From: an uncultured Alphaproteobacteria bacterium
GTDB taxonomy: Bacteria; Pseudomonadota; Alphaproteobacteria; UBA7985
Length of the DNA: 64,000 bases
Reading direction: 5' to 3'
Assembly (NCBI GenBank): GCA_905479265.1
Contig: CAJQLX010000006.1
Span: 2,621-66,620, forward strand
Shown: positions 19,690 through 29,879 of the stretch, one piece after another
Layout of the letters: every line of letters starts with the position of its first letter
How positions within the stretch are numbered: the first letter of the stretch is position 1
Translations under genes and position numbers: made by a program
Notes under the pieces: model-generated
Database searches by the model: none
Told to the model about the DNA's origin: nothing
What the model saw: the letters and a program-made list of their open reading frames with translations, nothing else

Positions 19690-20097
19690 ATGGCGTGGAC
19701 AGAAGAGCAAATTGACCAGCTCAAAGATCTTTGGAGCGAGGGCCTGTCTACATCCGAGATTGGTCGTAAGCTTGGCGTGACCAAAAACGCTGTGGTTGGC
19801 AAAGCTCATCGGTTGGGTCTTCCTCCGCGTCCGAGCCCAATCAAGCGTGCAACGGGCGCAAAGCGTCCAACCAGATCCAAGGTGATGGCCGTAAAGACGG
19901 CGTCGCGGGGACCAACATGCATGTGGCCTATTGGGCACCCGAACGAACCTGGTTTCCGGTTTTGTGGAAAGGGCGCGCTGACAGGTAAGCCGTACTGTCA
20001 GGAGCACTACGACATCGCCTATATCCCTGCGGGACGTCGTGACCGTGATCGCTCCGCCAATCGGCCAGCGTCAGGATCGACAAACAATCGTCGTTGA
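19690..20097 (+). CDS. gcrA: GcrA family cell cycle regulator (short form)
   Basis: WTEEQIDQLKDLWSEGLSTSEIG...TKNAVVGKAHRLGL; CMWPIGHP...FCG...PYCQEH. Confidence 0.92.
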   Translation: MAWTEEQIDQLKDLWSEGLSTSEIGRKLGVTKNAVVGKAHRLGLPPRPSPIKRATGAKRPTRSKVMAVKTASRGPTCMWPIGHPNEPGFRFCGKGALTGKPYCQEHYDIAYIPAGRRDRDRSANRPASGSTNNRR

Positions 20098-20134
20098 TCA
20101 TCGAGGGCCGAAAAGGGCTGTTTGGTAGAATAAG

Positions 20135-20161
20135 AAGGCGCTCGTTGAGGCGCCTTTTTTT
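20135..20161 (+). terminator. Intrinsic terminator after gcrA
   Basis: AAGGCGC/GCGCCTT stem with T-run. Confidence 0.75.
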
Positions 20162-20297
20162 GTGGGCGCGCGTCGAGGCGGAGGTTTGATGCGCAGCAAT
20201 GCGCGCAGAGTCCGCCAGTTGTTCCGAATAAGGCGTGTTTGTCTGACCGGTAATTGCCTAGGATAACGCCAACGCTCACACCGCAGGACATTTTTCC

Positions 20298-21080
20298 ATG
20301 AATTGGTCAGACTTAGTTGCTTCCGTCATCACCATTGCTGAAGGCGCGGGCGCGGAAACGCTTCGTCTCTACAAGTCCGACACACTGCAGGTCGATTCCA
20401 AGTCTGATGATAGCCCGGTTTCTGCGGCAGACTTAGCGGCCCATCATTACATCATGGATCGCTTGGAGGGCTTGATTGCTGGCGTTGAAGTCATTTCCGA
20501 GGAAAGCGCCGAAGCGCGAGGCTTTGAAGCCCCAACCGGTGATCGGTTTTGGCTGGTCGATCCTTTGGACGGCACCAAGGAGTTCATCAATCAACGTGAC
20601 GAGTTTACCGTAAACATCGCTTTAATCGAGCATGGGCGTCCGGTCATGGGTGTTGTCGTTGCACCAGCACTTGGCCAAACCTGGGCCGGTTCCCCAGAGC
20701 AGGCGATTAAGCAGGATGTTGGCGGCGAAAATCGTCGTGATATCAAGGTGCGTGACGTGCCACCGGCTGGATTAACCGTTACGGCCAGCCGATCACACGC
20801 AGATCCGGCTGCGCTTGAGGCGCTCTTAACAGGCCAAAAAGTCAATGAAGTCATCAATGCCGGTTCTTCTTTGAAATTCTGTCGCGTGGCTGAGGGTGCG
20901 GCGGATCTATACCCTCGACAAGGCCGCACAATGGAATGGGATACGGCTGCGGGGCAGGCGGTTGCGGAGGCGGCAGGGGCTGTCGTTCTGCGCTTGGACG
21001 GCAGAACCCCGCTCCAATACGGAAAGCAGGGATTGGACAACCCCCACTTTATCGTGGGTTTGCCGACAGTCGTGCAGTAA
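20298..21080 (+). CDS. cysQ: 3'(2'),5'-bisphosphate nucleotidase
   Basis: KSDDSPVSAAD, ISEE, WLVDPLDGTKEF, GSSLKFC, TMEWDTAAG. Confidence 0.93.
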   Translation: MNWSDLVASVITIAEGAGAETLRLYKSDTLQVDSKSDDSPVSAADLAAHHYIMDRLEGLIAGVEVISEESAEARGFEAPTGDRFWLVDPLDGTKEFINQRDEFTVNIALIEHGRPVMGVVVAPALGQTWAGSPEQAIKQDVGGENRRDIKVRDVPPAGLTVTASRSHADPAALEALLTGQKVNEVINAGSSLKFCRVAEGAADLYPRQGRTMEWDTAAGQAVAEAAGAVVLRLDGRTPLQYGKQGLDNPHFIVGLPTVVQ

Positions 21081-21455
21081 CGCTGCTGCGACTGGGTTTT
21101 GAGCGGGCCGCCGGGCTCGATTAAAATATATCCCAGCCGGAATCCGCGTTGCGGTACTGATGGGAAGAACGGTCAATCTAAACACGTGTTTGAGGTTTGA
21201 GACGATTTGGTCGACGGTTTGGCTTCATGTTCTGAACAAGAATGGCCAGATCTTACGAAAAGTACTCTGACGGAAAAAACGCATAATGAATATTATGGAA
21301 AAATTGCGTGTGAGCCATCTGGTTCGGTGGGTTATTGGCCCGGTTCTCCGGCTTTGAACCCTTTCTGAACCAAAGCTGCGGTTCGTCGCGCCGCCCATCC
21401 TGTTGCGCCGTCCATCAATGCGTCCGCTATTTTGAGGAACGGCACCAACGGTCAT

Positions 21456-21764
21456 TCAGCTCATTTCCATTGTTTCAGCCACGCGCATCTCGCCCATTTC
21501 CAAGAATGGACACGCCTGGGCTATCTCAACCGCTGCGGCCATATCTTCGGCCTCAATCATCAGGAAACCCATCAGTGGTGGTCCACTGGGATCACTAACG
21601 CCATCTTTGCTGACAATTTTGCTTGTTTTAAAGGGGGTCTGCGGCATGACAATCGCCTCGCCCAAATTTTTCATCCAAGCCATGTAATCGGCCATGTGCT
21701 TTTGACCTTCTTCAGGTGAGGAAGGTTGACGGCCACCTTCGAAGGTCAATACGAACTTTGGCAT
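21456..21764 (-). CDS. YciI/YCII family protein
   Basis: MPKFVL..., GFLMIEAEDMAAAVEIAQACP pattern. Confidence 0.8.
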   Translation of the reverse strand: MPKFVLTFEGGRQPSSPEEGQKHMADYMAWMKNLGEAIVMPQTPFKTSKIVSKDGVSDPSGPPLMGFLMIEAEDMAAAVEIAQACPFLEMGEMRVAETMEMS

Positions 21765-21924
21765 GTTGGAACCTTTCAAATCTATGTTGTTAGAGCGTTA
21801 TATTGGGATTTTTGTCTTATGACACTCAGAACAGCATGACCAGACGTGCAGTGAATGTTCGAGAGAAGCGATTGAAGTTTGAGCCTTTCAGCCCTACTTG
21901 TCGGGTTCATCTGTGTGAGGCTCT

Positions 21925-23823
21925 ATGACTGAAACCGTTGCCACGCCTGCTGCCCGGCCTGATTCTGATCGCTCAGTGGATTCCGACCGCGGTTCGTCGT
22001 TTGCTGCTGAGCTGAAACGGGATCAGAAGCATAGAGAACAAGCGCGCTCCGTTCAGCCGCTCAGACGCCTGCTTCCCTTCATTGTTCGCTATCCAGCGAT
22101 TTTGGGGGCGTTTGTGGTGTTCTTGGTTGCCGCTTCGGTCCTGACGCTGATGCTGCCGGGTGCTTTTCGTTTGGTGGTTGATTGCGGCTTTGGCGGGGCC
22201 AAAGATTCCTCGTTTTGCGCGATGTTCCCCAGCGAAGGCTCGCTGAGCATCTTCTTTATCGTTGGCATCGTCGGTGCGCTGCTGCTGGGTGTGACCAGTG
22301 CCTTGCGCTTTTACTTCATCAGCTTGCTGGGCGAGCGCGTGGTGGCAGATTTGCGCGCCACGGTCTACGACCATCTTCTCTCGCTCAGTGCGACGTTCTA
22401 CGCCAATACCCGCACCGGTGAAGTTCTCTCCCGGCTTACGACGGATACCACGCTGATCCAGACTGTTGTTGGCTCGTCAATTTCAGTTGCGCTGCGTACG
22501 GTTGCAACGACATCGGGGGCGTTGATTTTGATGATTATCACCAGCTGGCAGTTGGCTTTGCTGATGATGATTGTGGGGCCGCTGATCATTCTTCCCATGC
22601 TGTATTTTGGCCGGCGGGTCCGGCGGCTGTCCCGATCAAGCCAAGACGCGCTGGCTGAGGCTTCTGCAAGAGCGAGTGAGAGCCTCAGGGCCATAGACAC
22701 AGTTCAAGCCTTTACCAGAGAACCCGAGGAACGGTCGCGGTTCCGAGCCGCTGTCGAAGAAACGTTCAAGGTTTCCATGCGGCGAATTCGCGTGCGGTCG
22801 ATGCTCACAGCCTCGCTGTTTTCCTTTGTCCTTGCTGGCTTGATTGCCGTGCTGTGGTACGGCGCGGTGCAGGTTCAGAACGGCGCGATAACGCCGGGGA
22901 CCATGACTCAATTCGTGATGTTTGCTTTTATCGCCGTTTCAGGCGTTGGCTTGCTGACGGAAACCTATGCAGAAGTCATGCGAGCCGCAGGCGCAACTGA
23001 GCGGCTGATGGAGATCCTTGCCGAGGCGCCCGGAATTGAGGCGCCTGCGCAACCAAGCGTCTTGCCGAGCATGATGCAGGGCTCCATCCGTCTCGATGAC
23101 ATTCATTTCGCCTATCCAAGCCGTCCCAATGCACAAGCCCTCAAAGGACTATCCCTGAGCATAGAGCCGGGACAAACCGTTGCTTTGGTTGGCCCGTCGG
23201 GCGCGGGAAAGAGCACTGTTTTCCAGCTTTTGCTGCGTCTTTACGACCCACAAGGCGGATCCGTATCTGTTGAAGACATCAACGTCCAAGACCTTGACCC
23301 AACGGCTCTGCGCCGGGCGATTTCGATTGTTCAACAGAATGCGCCCTTGTTTGCCGGGAGCGCGCGGGAAAACATTCGCTTTGGCGATCCATCGGCCAGT
23401 GATGCAGACGTAGAGGCAGCAGCACGCGCGGCGGAGGCTCATGACTTCATCATGGCGCTGCCGGAGGGCTATGACACCGCTTTGGGCGAAAACGCGGCAA
23501 CGCTTTCCGGGGGGCAGCGACAGCGTCTGGCCATTGCCCGCGCCATTCTGCGCAAAAGCCCAATCCTGTTGCTTGATGAAGCAACCAGTGCCTTGGATTC
23601 TGAGAGCGAGCAAGCGGTTCAGCAAGCCTTTGAGAAAATGTCCAAAGAGCGCACCACCTTGGTGATCGCGCACAGGCTGGCAACGGTGCTGAAGGCTGAT
23701 CGGATTGTCGTGCTGGAGGATGGCCAGATTGTTGACCAAGGCACGCATGAGGAACTGCTGGCGCGCGAAGGGCTCTATGCCCGGCTGGTCTCGCTACAGT
23801 TTGGGGCGCTCGATAGCGAATAG
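21925..23823 (+). CDS. Fused ABC exporter, permease + ATPase (MsbA-related)
   Basis: Six TM region with GERVVADLR, RLTTDT; GPSGAGKST, LSGGQRQR, LLLDEATSALD. Confidence 0.93.
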   Translation: MTETVATPAARPDSDRSVDSDRGSSFAAELKRDQKHREQARSVQPLRRLLPFIVRYPAILGAFVVFLVAASVLTLMLPGAFRLVVDCGFGGAKDSSFCAMFPSEGSLSIFFIVGIVGALLLGVTSALRFYFISLLGERVVADLRATVYDHLLSLSATFYANTRTGEVLSRLTTDTTLIQTVVGSSISVALRTVATTSGALILMIITSWQLALLMMIVGPLIILPMLYFGRRVRRLSRSSQDALAEASARASESLRAIDTVQAFTREPEERSRFRAAVEETFKVSMRRIRVRSMLTASLFSFVLAGLIAVLWYGAVQVQNGAITPGTMTQFVMFAFIAVSGVGLLTETYAEVMRAAGATERLMEILAEAPGIEAPAQPSVLPSMMQGSIRLDDIHFAYPSRPNAQALKGLSLSIEPGQTVALVGPSGAGKSTVFQLLLRLYDPQGGSVSVEDINVQDLDPTALRRAISIVQQNAPLFAGSARENIRFGDPSASDADVEAAARAAEAHDFIMALPEGYDTALGENAATLSGGQRQRLAIARAILRKSPILLLDEATSALDSESEQAVQQAFEKMSKERTTLVIAHRLATVLKADRIVVLEDGQIVDQGTHEELLAREGLYARLVSLQFGALDSE

Positions 23824-23886
23824 CAGCCGCGATTTGCTTTAAGCGGTGGACCTGCGGAAACTGGGGGCGAAATCCCCGTATTTGGA

Positions 23887-24981
23887 GTGTCCGCCATCCC
23901 CCTTCCCGGCTTCGTTCGAACCTATTCCATAGCGGCCTTGGGCTTTGGTTTTGCCCTTGTGGGCGGGGCCATCGCGCTGGCGGTTGGCATCCCCATTCCT
24001 TGGCTGCTGGGCGCTTTGCTGCTTTCGCTGGCCCTTGGCGCTTTTGGCCGACGCCCGGGATTTCCAGATCCAATCCGTGACCTCGCCTTTTTAATGCTGG
24101 GCTATTTCATTGGTTCCACGGCCAGCTCTGAGTTTTTCGGCAGTGTGACCCTGTGGGTGCCGTCGGTTCTGGTGAGTATCGCTCTGATCCCCATGATTAC
24201 CCTCAGCTCCGCCTTCGTGATCCACCGCATGACAGACTTAGAGCCCAACGAAGCCCTTCTTTGCGCCGTACCAGGGTCTTTGCCGTTTGTGGTGGCGGCG
24301 AGCGAAGACATGGGGCTGCGCACTCATCTGGTCATACTGTTCCAGTCGATCAGGCTGCTGTCCCTGACATTTGCGCTACCCTTTGCTCTTGGCTTTTGGG
24401 GGGTGCCGAGCGAGACAACGGCGCCTGTGGCCCTTGCCAGCATACCGCAAGGTCTCAACCCGGCTGACGTGCTGATCTTAATCGGCTCGCTGGGGTTCGC
24501 TGTGGTTTGTGCTGTGGTCGCGCGGCGGCTCAAAGTTCCCGCGCCGACATTCATTGGTCCGATGATGGGCGTGGCCGTCGCAAAACTTGGCGGTGTTCCC
24601 CTGCCCGACCTGCCACCGCTGCTGCTGTTTGGTTCACAAGCCGCGCTGGGCTGGATCATGGGCGCGCGCTTTGATGCAATTCCCTTCCGAGACCTGCGCA
24701 GGATGGCCCTCGCCTGCTTTGTTGGCTTGGGGGTCGGTGTGGGTGTTGCTCTCGCCGCTTGCGCCATGCTGGTTTGGCTGACGGGGTTGGACGCAAAAGA
24801 ACTGATGCTAGGGCTGGCACCGGGCGCGATCGAAACGGTGACGTCGATCGCGCTGGATCAAGGTGTCGATCCCTTGTTCGTCTCCACGCACCAAATTGCG
24901 CGCATGCTCAGCATTCCCTTGATCGCAACGGCGATGCTGGTCATTGGACGGCGACTGCTTGCGCTTGTGACTAAAGATTAG
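23887..24981 (+). CDS. Membrane AbrB family protein (duplicated membrane domain)
   Basis: Very hydrophobic; repeated IPIPWLLG / VPAPTFIG and PG motifs, QSIRL / HQIAR. Confidence 0.8.
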   Translation: MSAIPLPGFVRTYSIAALGFGFALVGGAIALAVGIPIPWLLGALLLSLALGAFGRRPGFPDPIRDLAFLMLGYFIGSTASSEFFGSVTLWVPSVLVSIALIPMITLSSAFVIHRMTDLEPNEALLCAVPGSLPFVVAASEDMGLRTHLVILFQSIRLLSLTFALPFALGFWGVPSETTAPVALASIPQGLNPADVLILIGSLGFAVVCAVVARRLKVPAPTFIGPMMGVAVAKLGGVPLPDLPPLLLFGSQAALGWIMGARFDAIPFRDLRRMALACFVGLGVGVGVALAACAMLVWLTGLDAKELMLGLAPGAIETVTSIALDQGVDPLFVSTHQIARMLSIPLIATAMLVIGRRLLALVTKD

Positions 24982-25378
24982 GGCGCAAGCCCGCCAGATC
25001 ATAACCAGCCTTGCTCACAGCATTGATGATGTCGTCCGCAGACATCTCGCCCTTGTGAGCCAATGACCACAGGATCGCCGAACGCATCCCACTGGCGCAA
25101 TGGGCCAAAATAGGCTTTGGCATTTCCGCGAGCGCTGCTTTGGTTTGATCGACGTGTTCCATGGTCAGTTGACCGGAGACCAACGGAATGAAGCGAACCT
25201 CCAGTCCCAAAGCCTCAGCCGCTGCCGTTGTTTCAGCCGCTGTGGGCTGACCGGGTGATTCATGGTCCGGACGGTTAATGATCAAGGATTTGAAACCTTG
25301 ATCGACAGCGCTTTGCAGATCGCTTTGTGAAACCTGCCCATAGGCGGAAAAATCTTTGGAAACGGTTCGGAAGCTCAA
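24971..25378 (-). CDS. TIGR01244/DUF442 family sulfur transferase (Blh-like domain)
   Basis: INRPDHESPGQP, LAHCASGMRS active loop; TTG start. Confidence 0.88.
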   Translation of the reverse strand: MSFRTVSKDFSAYGQVSQSDLQSAVDQGFKSLIINRPDHESPGQPTAAETTAAAEALGLEVRFIPLVSGQLTMEHVDQTKAALAEMPKPILAHCASGMRSAILWSLAHKGEMSADDIINAVSKAGYDLAGLRPNL

Positions 25379-25560
25379 TTTTTGTACCTCGGGTTAATGG
25401 CTTACCTGCTCAGATAGTACGGCTCACGCAATTATTGAAGAGGTTCACCACATTTCGCTGACGCCGTGAGTGAGGCTTAAGCGCAAACATGACCCATCGC
25501 CAAAGCATTCATACTTCCTAAGATACGCATATAACAGCCTGCTAATAAGCATGCAGAGAC

Positions 25561-25591
25561 AAAAAAAACGAGCGGGCCGCTAAGCCCGCTC
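25561..25591 (-). terminator. Intrinsic terminator after tpa
   Basis: GAGCGGGC/GCCCGCTC stem with 8-A run (U-tract on minus strand). Confidence 0.85.
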
Positions 25592-25618
25592 TCTGATGTT
25601 TAGACGTGGTAAAACCGC

Positions 25619-27004
25619 TTAGGCCAGAACGCGGGCCATAGCGCCGTCGATGGCCACAGTGATCTCATCCATATCGGACTTCGTGGAAATCAAGGCTGGA
25701 GACAAGCAAAGCGTATTATTGAACCCGGCCAGCGAGCGGTTGGTCGCGCCGATGATCACGGCAGACTTCTGCATACAATCCGCAACAATGCCCTGGACCA
25801 AAGCTTCATCCAGCGGTTCACGGGTTTCAATGTCACGCACCAGTTCCAGACCCAAGAACAACCCCTTGCCGCGCACCTGACCGGAAACGGCCGGGTACTT
25901 CGCTGCAATTTCTTCGAGCTTGCTGAACATGTACTCGCCCATTTGCGTGCAGTTATCGAGCAGGTTCTCATCTTCGAGAATTTTCATGTTCTCTAGCGCG
26001 GCCGCCGGTCCACCGGTGCAACCGCCAAAGGTCGAAATATCGCGGAAGTAAGACATGGGATCGTCCGCGTTATCTTTGAACATGTCAAAGACCGCTTCGG
26101 TGGTGACGGTGCAAGAGATGGCCGCGTAACCGGATGCAACGCCCTTGGCCATTGTCACCATGTCTGGCTCGATGCCGTAATGCTGATAGCCGAACCACGT
26201 CCCCGTGCGTCCCAAGCCACAAACAACTTCGTCAATGATCAGCAGGATTTCGTACTTCTTGCAGATTTCCTGCACACGCTCCCAGTACCCTGACGGCGGC
26301 GTGATGACGCCACCACCAGCGGTAATCGGCTCAAGAACCAACCCACCAACAGTGTCCGCGCCTTCACGCAGAATCACGTCCTCAATCGCGTTTGCAGCGC
26401 GAACGCCGTAGTCGGTCACGTCGCCAAACTGTGAGCGGTATTCGAGGCAGTGTGGGACTTCGATGAAGCCCTCTGGGAACGGACCGTACTGGTCTTTGCG
26501 TTGGTCCTGACCACCGGACGCCAGCGCAGCAATGGTTGTGCCGTGGTAATCGCGCGAGCGGTAAAGGATCTTTTGCTTCTTGCCGCCATGCTTGTTGTGG
26601 CTGATTTGGCGAACGATTTTGTAAGCCTTCTCGTTCGCTTCAGAGCCTGAGTTTGAGTAGTAAACGCGGCTCATGCCCGGCATCTTTTCAATCAGACGCT
26701 CGGCAAACTTTGCGCCCGGAATGGTGCCCATGGAGCCTGCGAAGTAGTTGAGCTTGACCAACTGGTCGCGTACGGCATCAGCAATCTGAGTTCGGCCATA
26801 GCCGACGTTTACCGTCCACACGCCGCCTGACGTCCCATCAAGGTGCTCACGCCCCTTTTGGTTCCAAACACGGTTGCCCTTGCCCTCGATAATAATTAGC
26901 GGGTCGGTGGTTTCGAACTTCTTGTGCTGGGTCAGGTGATGCCAAACGTTTGCGCGGTCGGCCTCTACGATGCCGGAATAGTCATTCTCGTACTGCAGGT
27001 CCAT
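25619..27004 (-). CDS. tpa: Class III aminotransferase, probable taurine--pyruvate aminotransferase
   Basis: NSGSEANE, YHGTT, IDEVVCGLGRTG, MAKG PLP Lys; N-terminus END..VEADRA.VWHHL.QHK.FET.DP recalled as matching Roseobacter-type Tpa. Confidence 0.8.
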   Translation of the reverse strand: MDLQYENDYSGIVEADRANVWHHLTQHKKFETTDPLIIIEGKGNRVWNQKGREHLDGTSGGVWTVNVGYGRTQIADAVRDQLVKLNYFAGSMGTIPGAKFAERLIEKMPGMSRVYYSNSGSEANEKAYKIVRQISHNKHGGKKQKILYRSRDYHGTTIAALASGGQDQRKDQYGPFPEGFIEVPHCLEYRSQFGDVTDYGVRAANAIEDVILREGADTVGGLVLEPITAGGGVITPPSGYWERVQEICKKYEILLIIDEVVCGLGRTGTWFGYQHYGIEPDMVTMAKGVASGYAAISCTVTTEAVFDMFKDNADDPMSYFRDISTFGGCTGGPAAALENMKILEDENLLDNCTQMGEYMFSKLEEIAAKYPAVSGQVRGKGLFLGLELVRDIETREPLDEALVQGIVADCMQKSAVIIGATNRSLAGFNNTLCLSPALISTKSDMDEITVAIDGAMARVLA

Positions 27005-27192
27005 TGGTTGTCTCCGTGTTCAGGCAAAAAGGCTCATCCATGCGCACTTGCCCGGTCAAACTCTATAACGATACCTATGGCGTCCAAATACCGACCTGCG
27101 CTTGAACAGTTGCGACAGGGCGTATCCTATTCGGGGTCGCTTTTAAGTTGTAGTTCAAGTGTGAAAACGTGATTTGTCAAGAAAACAGCCGG

Positions 27193-28227
27193 TCAATCGC
27201 CTTGCCTGTGACGTTTCAGCGCGATCATCCGCGCCTGCTGCCGGGTTCGGCTTTCGGCGGTGCCATTATCAAAACTTCCAAACCACCGGTCCCACGGCAT
27301 GTCGACCGTACCGTAGTTACACTCGAAATAGCGATGATGCAGCTGGTGAAAGAAATCACCGGCCCGCATCCGCTGCTTATCTCGGACCACCAGCTGCTCA
27401 AACCCTGAGTGGGAAAAGGGCGGGCTGAGATTTTGCAAGCAGGCGTGGAAGACAACAAGGATGGGATGGCTTGGGATGACCAAATGGATCAGCAGCGTGG
27501 AGTAATACAGTACATGCTCGACGGGATGCATCGAGACGCCAGACCACGGCCCAACATTGATGTTTTTGTGGTGCAGACCATGCGCGACCCGGTACAGCGG
27601 CGGCCAATGTAAAAAACGGTGAACCCAATAAAAATGCAGGCTGCTCCAGATTGGAATAACAACCAGCGCGACAGCAAACCAAACCAACCAGCCGGGTTGG
27701 TCAAAGGATAATGTAAAGGTTGGCACCCAGCCGTTTGCGGCGATCCAGTGATAGAAAACCTCAAACCCAGCCAGCAGACCCGCGCCACTGACCAGCGAGA
27801 AAAAGACGTTCTCATGAACCTGATTGTTGAACAGGAACTGTCGGTTCTTCGTGGCTTGCTTTCGCGGATCAAACTTAAAGGCTTCACCCTGCCCCTGCAT
27901 CGTGATGAACCAAAAATGCAAACCGCCCGCGACCAGTGTCAGAAACAGGATATGCCGTGCCCAGATTTGGAGCACCCAACCTGGCGATAAGGTTTTCATG
28001 GTTTCCGCAGAGGGCAAAAGCCAGGCCCCGATCAGGGCAAAGGTAAAGATAATCACCACGCTTGAAAGCTGAAGCCATGAGCGCGCCAGCCAGCCCAAGG
28101 CGGCAGATGGGCTTGGAGGCCATTGAAACAGCGGTGACATAGCAATGGGGAGCTCGGGATTGTGTAACCATCCCTTCGCTTCATTTCTGGCAACGGGCGT
28201 GTCAGGTGTTTGCGATTTCTCGGTCAT
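27193..28227 (-). CDS. Sterol desaturase / fatty acid hydroxylase family membrane di-iron enzyme
   Basis: His boxes YWVHRFLH, HGLHH, HPVE, HQLHH..NYG. Confidence 0.9.
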   Translation of the reverse strand: MTEKSQTPDTPVARNEAKGWLHNPELPIAMSPLFQWPPSPSAALGWLARSWLQLSSVVIIFTFALIGAWLLPSAETMKTLSPGWVLQIWARHILFLTLVAGGLHFWFITMQGQGEAFKFDPRKQATKNRQFLFNNQVHENVFFSLVSGAGLLAGFEVFYHWIAANGWVPTFTLSFDQPGWLVWFAVALVVIPIWSSLHFYWVHRFLHWPPLYRVAHGLHHKNINVGPWSGVSMHPVEHVLYYSTLLIHLVIPSHPILVVFHACLQNLSPPFSHSGFEQLVVRDKQRMRAGDFFHQLHHRYFECNYGTVDMPWDRWFGSFDNGTAESRTRQQARMIALKRHRQGD

Positions 28228-28290
28228 GGGAGCCTCTTTTTCGGAGCGACATCTACCGCCATGACCCGCAGTTTCCGCTCCGTCAAGCGT

Positions 28291-29685
28291 TTAAGCAGGC
28301 AACGTCGCAAGCCGGATACCGGCCATCGCCTGCGCGACGCGAAACACTTGTTGGGCGTAGCCAAATTCATTGTCATACCAAACATAGACGACCGCGCGCT
28401 GCCCTTCGACAATGGTTGCTGCACCGTCAATCACCCCGGCGTGTCGGCTTCCCACCAAGTCAGAGGAAACCAGCTCGGTGCTCCATCGAAAGCCAATCTG
28501 CTTCTGGTATATGGCCGAGATCGAGGCCTGCTCTAGCAGATCATTCACCGCGTCGACCGTCGTTTGCCGGCTGAGGGTAAGGTTCAAAATGGCCAGCGAA
28601 ACATTGGGGGTTGGCACGCGTATGGCGTTACCGGTCAACTTCCCCGCAAGCGGCGGATAGGCCTTTGCGACGGCCTTTGCCGCGCCGGTTGAGGTAATCA
28701 CCATATTCAGCGCCGCACTCCGACCGCGCCGATCGGCCTTGTGGAAGTTGTCGATCAGGTTTTGGTCATTGGTGAACGAATGCACCGTTTCGATGTGGCC
28801 CTGAACAATGCCAAAGGCCTCGTCCAGCACCTTTAAAACCGGCGTCGAGGCATTGGTGGTACACGATGCGGCAGAGATGATCTTTTGGTCGGCGATTGCC
28901 TCGTCATTGACGCCAAAAACGATGTTTGGCACGTCGCCCTTTGCCGGCGCGGTTAGTAACACCTTTTCGACGCCCTTGGCGCTGAGGTGTTGTCCCAAGC
29001 CCGCCTCGTCGCTCCAAACACCCGTATTGTCGATCAGGATCGCGTTTTTGATGCCAAATGCGCCGTAGTCAATCCCAGCGGGGTGAGGCGCATAGATGAA
29101 CTGGATCCGATTGCCGTTAGCGATCAGGCACAGGCTGTCTTCATCGACTTCAATTGTCGCGTTGAAGGCACCGTGAATGCTGTCCGTCCGCAGCAAGGAC
29201 GCGCGCTTTCTGAGATCGGCTTTAGGGTCTTTGCTGGGCCGACACACCACCGCTCGCAGGTTAAGCAAGGCTGCCGGGCCAGAGCGCTCGATGTAGTTCC
29301 GGGCCATCAGGCGCCCGATGCGGCCAAAACCATAGAGAACCACGTCCTGCGCCTCATTGGGCAGGTTTTGCGCGTTTGCCGCGTCAATCTCACCGTCGAG
29401 ATTGATGTTTTCCGACAAGATCCTCCCAACATCCAAGCGACAGGGTTTGATCGCTTGCGTAAGCAAGCCTTCGAGGACAGGCACAGTTTGCTGCAAATCA
29501 AGATCGGCGGCTCTGTGTGCGATAATCATATCATTGGCCGTCCCACCGAGTGTCACGCGCCCTTTGATCCGAATCAGAACGCCCTTGAGGCGGTTAAGCT
29601 GCGTCACAGCCAGCGCAAAGCGTTCGGCAAGCGCCTGCTCATGGGACCATTGCCGCATCTCTTCAGCGGCAGGTGAAACCAACAT
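28291..29685 (-). CDS. gap: Glyceraldehyde-3-phosphate dehydrogenase, long form with N-terminal extension
   Basis: YGFGRIGR, ASCTTN catalytic Cys, TSTGAAKA, RVPTPNVS, WYDNEFGY; about 110-aa N-terminal extension; RBS AAGGAA before ATG 29685. Confidence 0.9.
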   Translation of the reverse strand: MLVSPAAEEMRQWSHEQALAERFALAVTQLNRLKGVLIRIKGRVTLGGTANDMIIAHRAADLDLQQTVPVLEGLLTQAIKPCRLDVGRILSENINLDGEIDAANAQNLPNEAQDVVLYGFGRIGRLMARNYIERSGPAALLNLRAVVCRPSKDPKADLRKRASLLRTDSIHGAFNATIEVDEDSLCLIANGNRIQFIYAPHPAGIDYGAFGIKNAILIDNTGVWSDEAGLGQHLSAKGVEKVLLTAPAKGDVPNIVFGVNDEAIADQKIISAASCTTNASTPVLKVLDEAFGIVQGHIETVHSFTNDQNLIDNFHKADRRGRSAALNMVITSTGAAKAVAKAYPPLAGKLTGNAIRVPTPNVSLAILNLTLSRQTTVDAVNDLLEQASISAIYQKQIGFRWSTELVSSDLVGSRHAGVIDGAATIVEGQRAVVYVWYDNEFGYAQQVFRVAQAMAGIRLATLPA

Positions 29686-29879
29686 CAACTGTTTCCTTCC
29701 AAGTTCGGAAGGTACCTTTCCCAATGATCGCTGCATTCTCAATGGATGCCCTTGGTGGTGGGCCGTTAAACCGGGGCTTTTGCGCGCATGCCCGGTTTGA
29801 GTTGGAATGTGTACCCTCCCTACCCTCGCTTTGACCGAACAACGTGTTACAAATAGCCGGGATGACAGCGGAGGACCCT

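Noticed and set aside
27005..27192. TauR direct-repeat operator upstream of tpa
   Set aside because: Only a single weak TTGGAC half match
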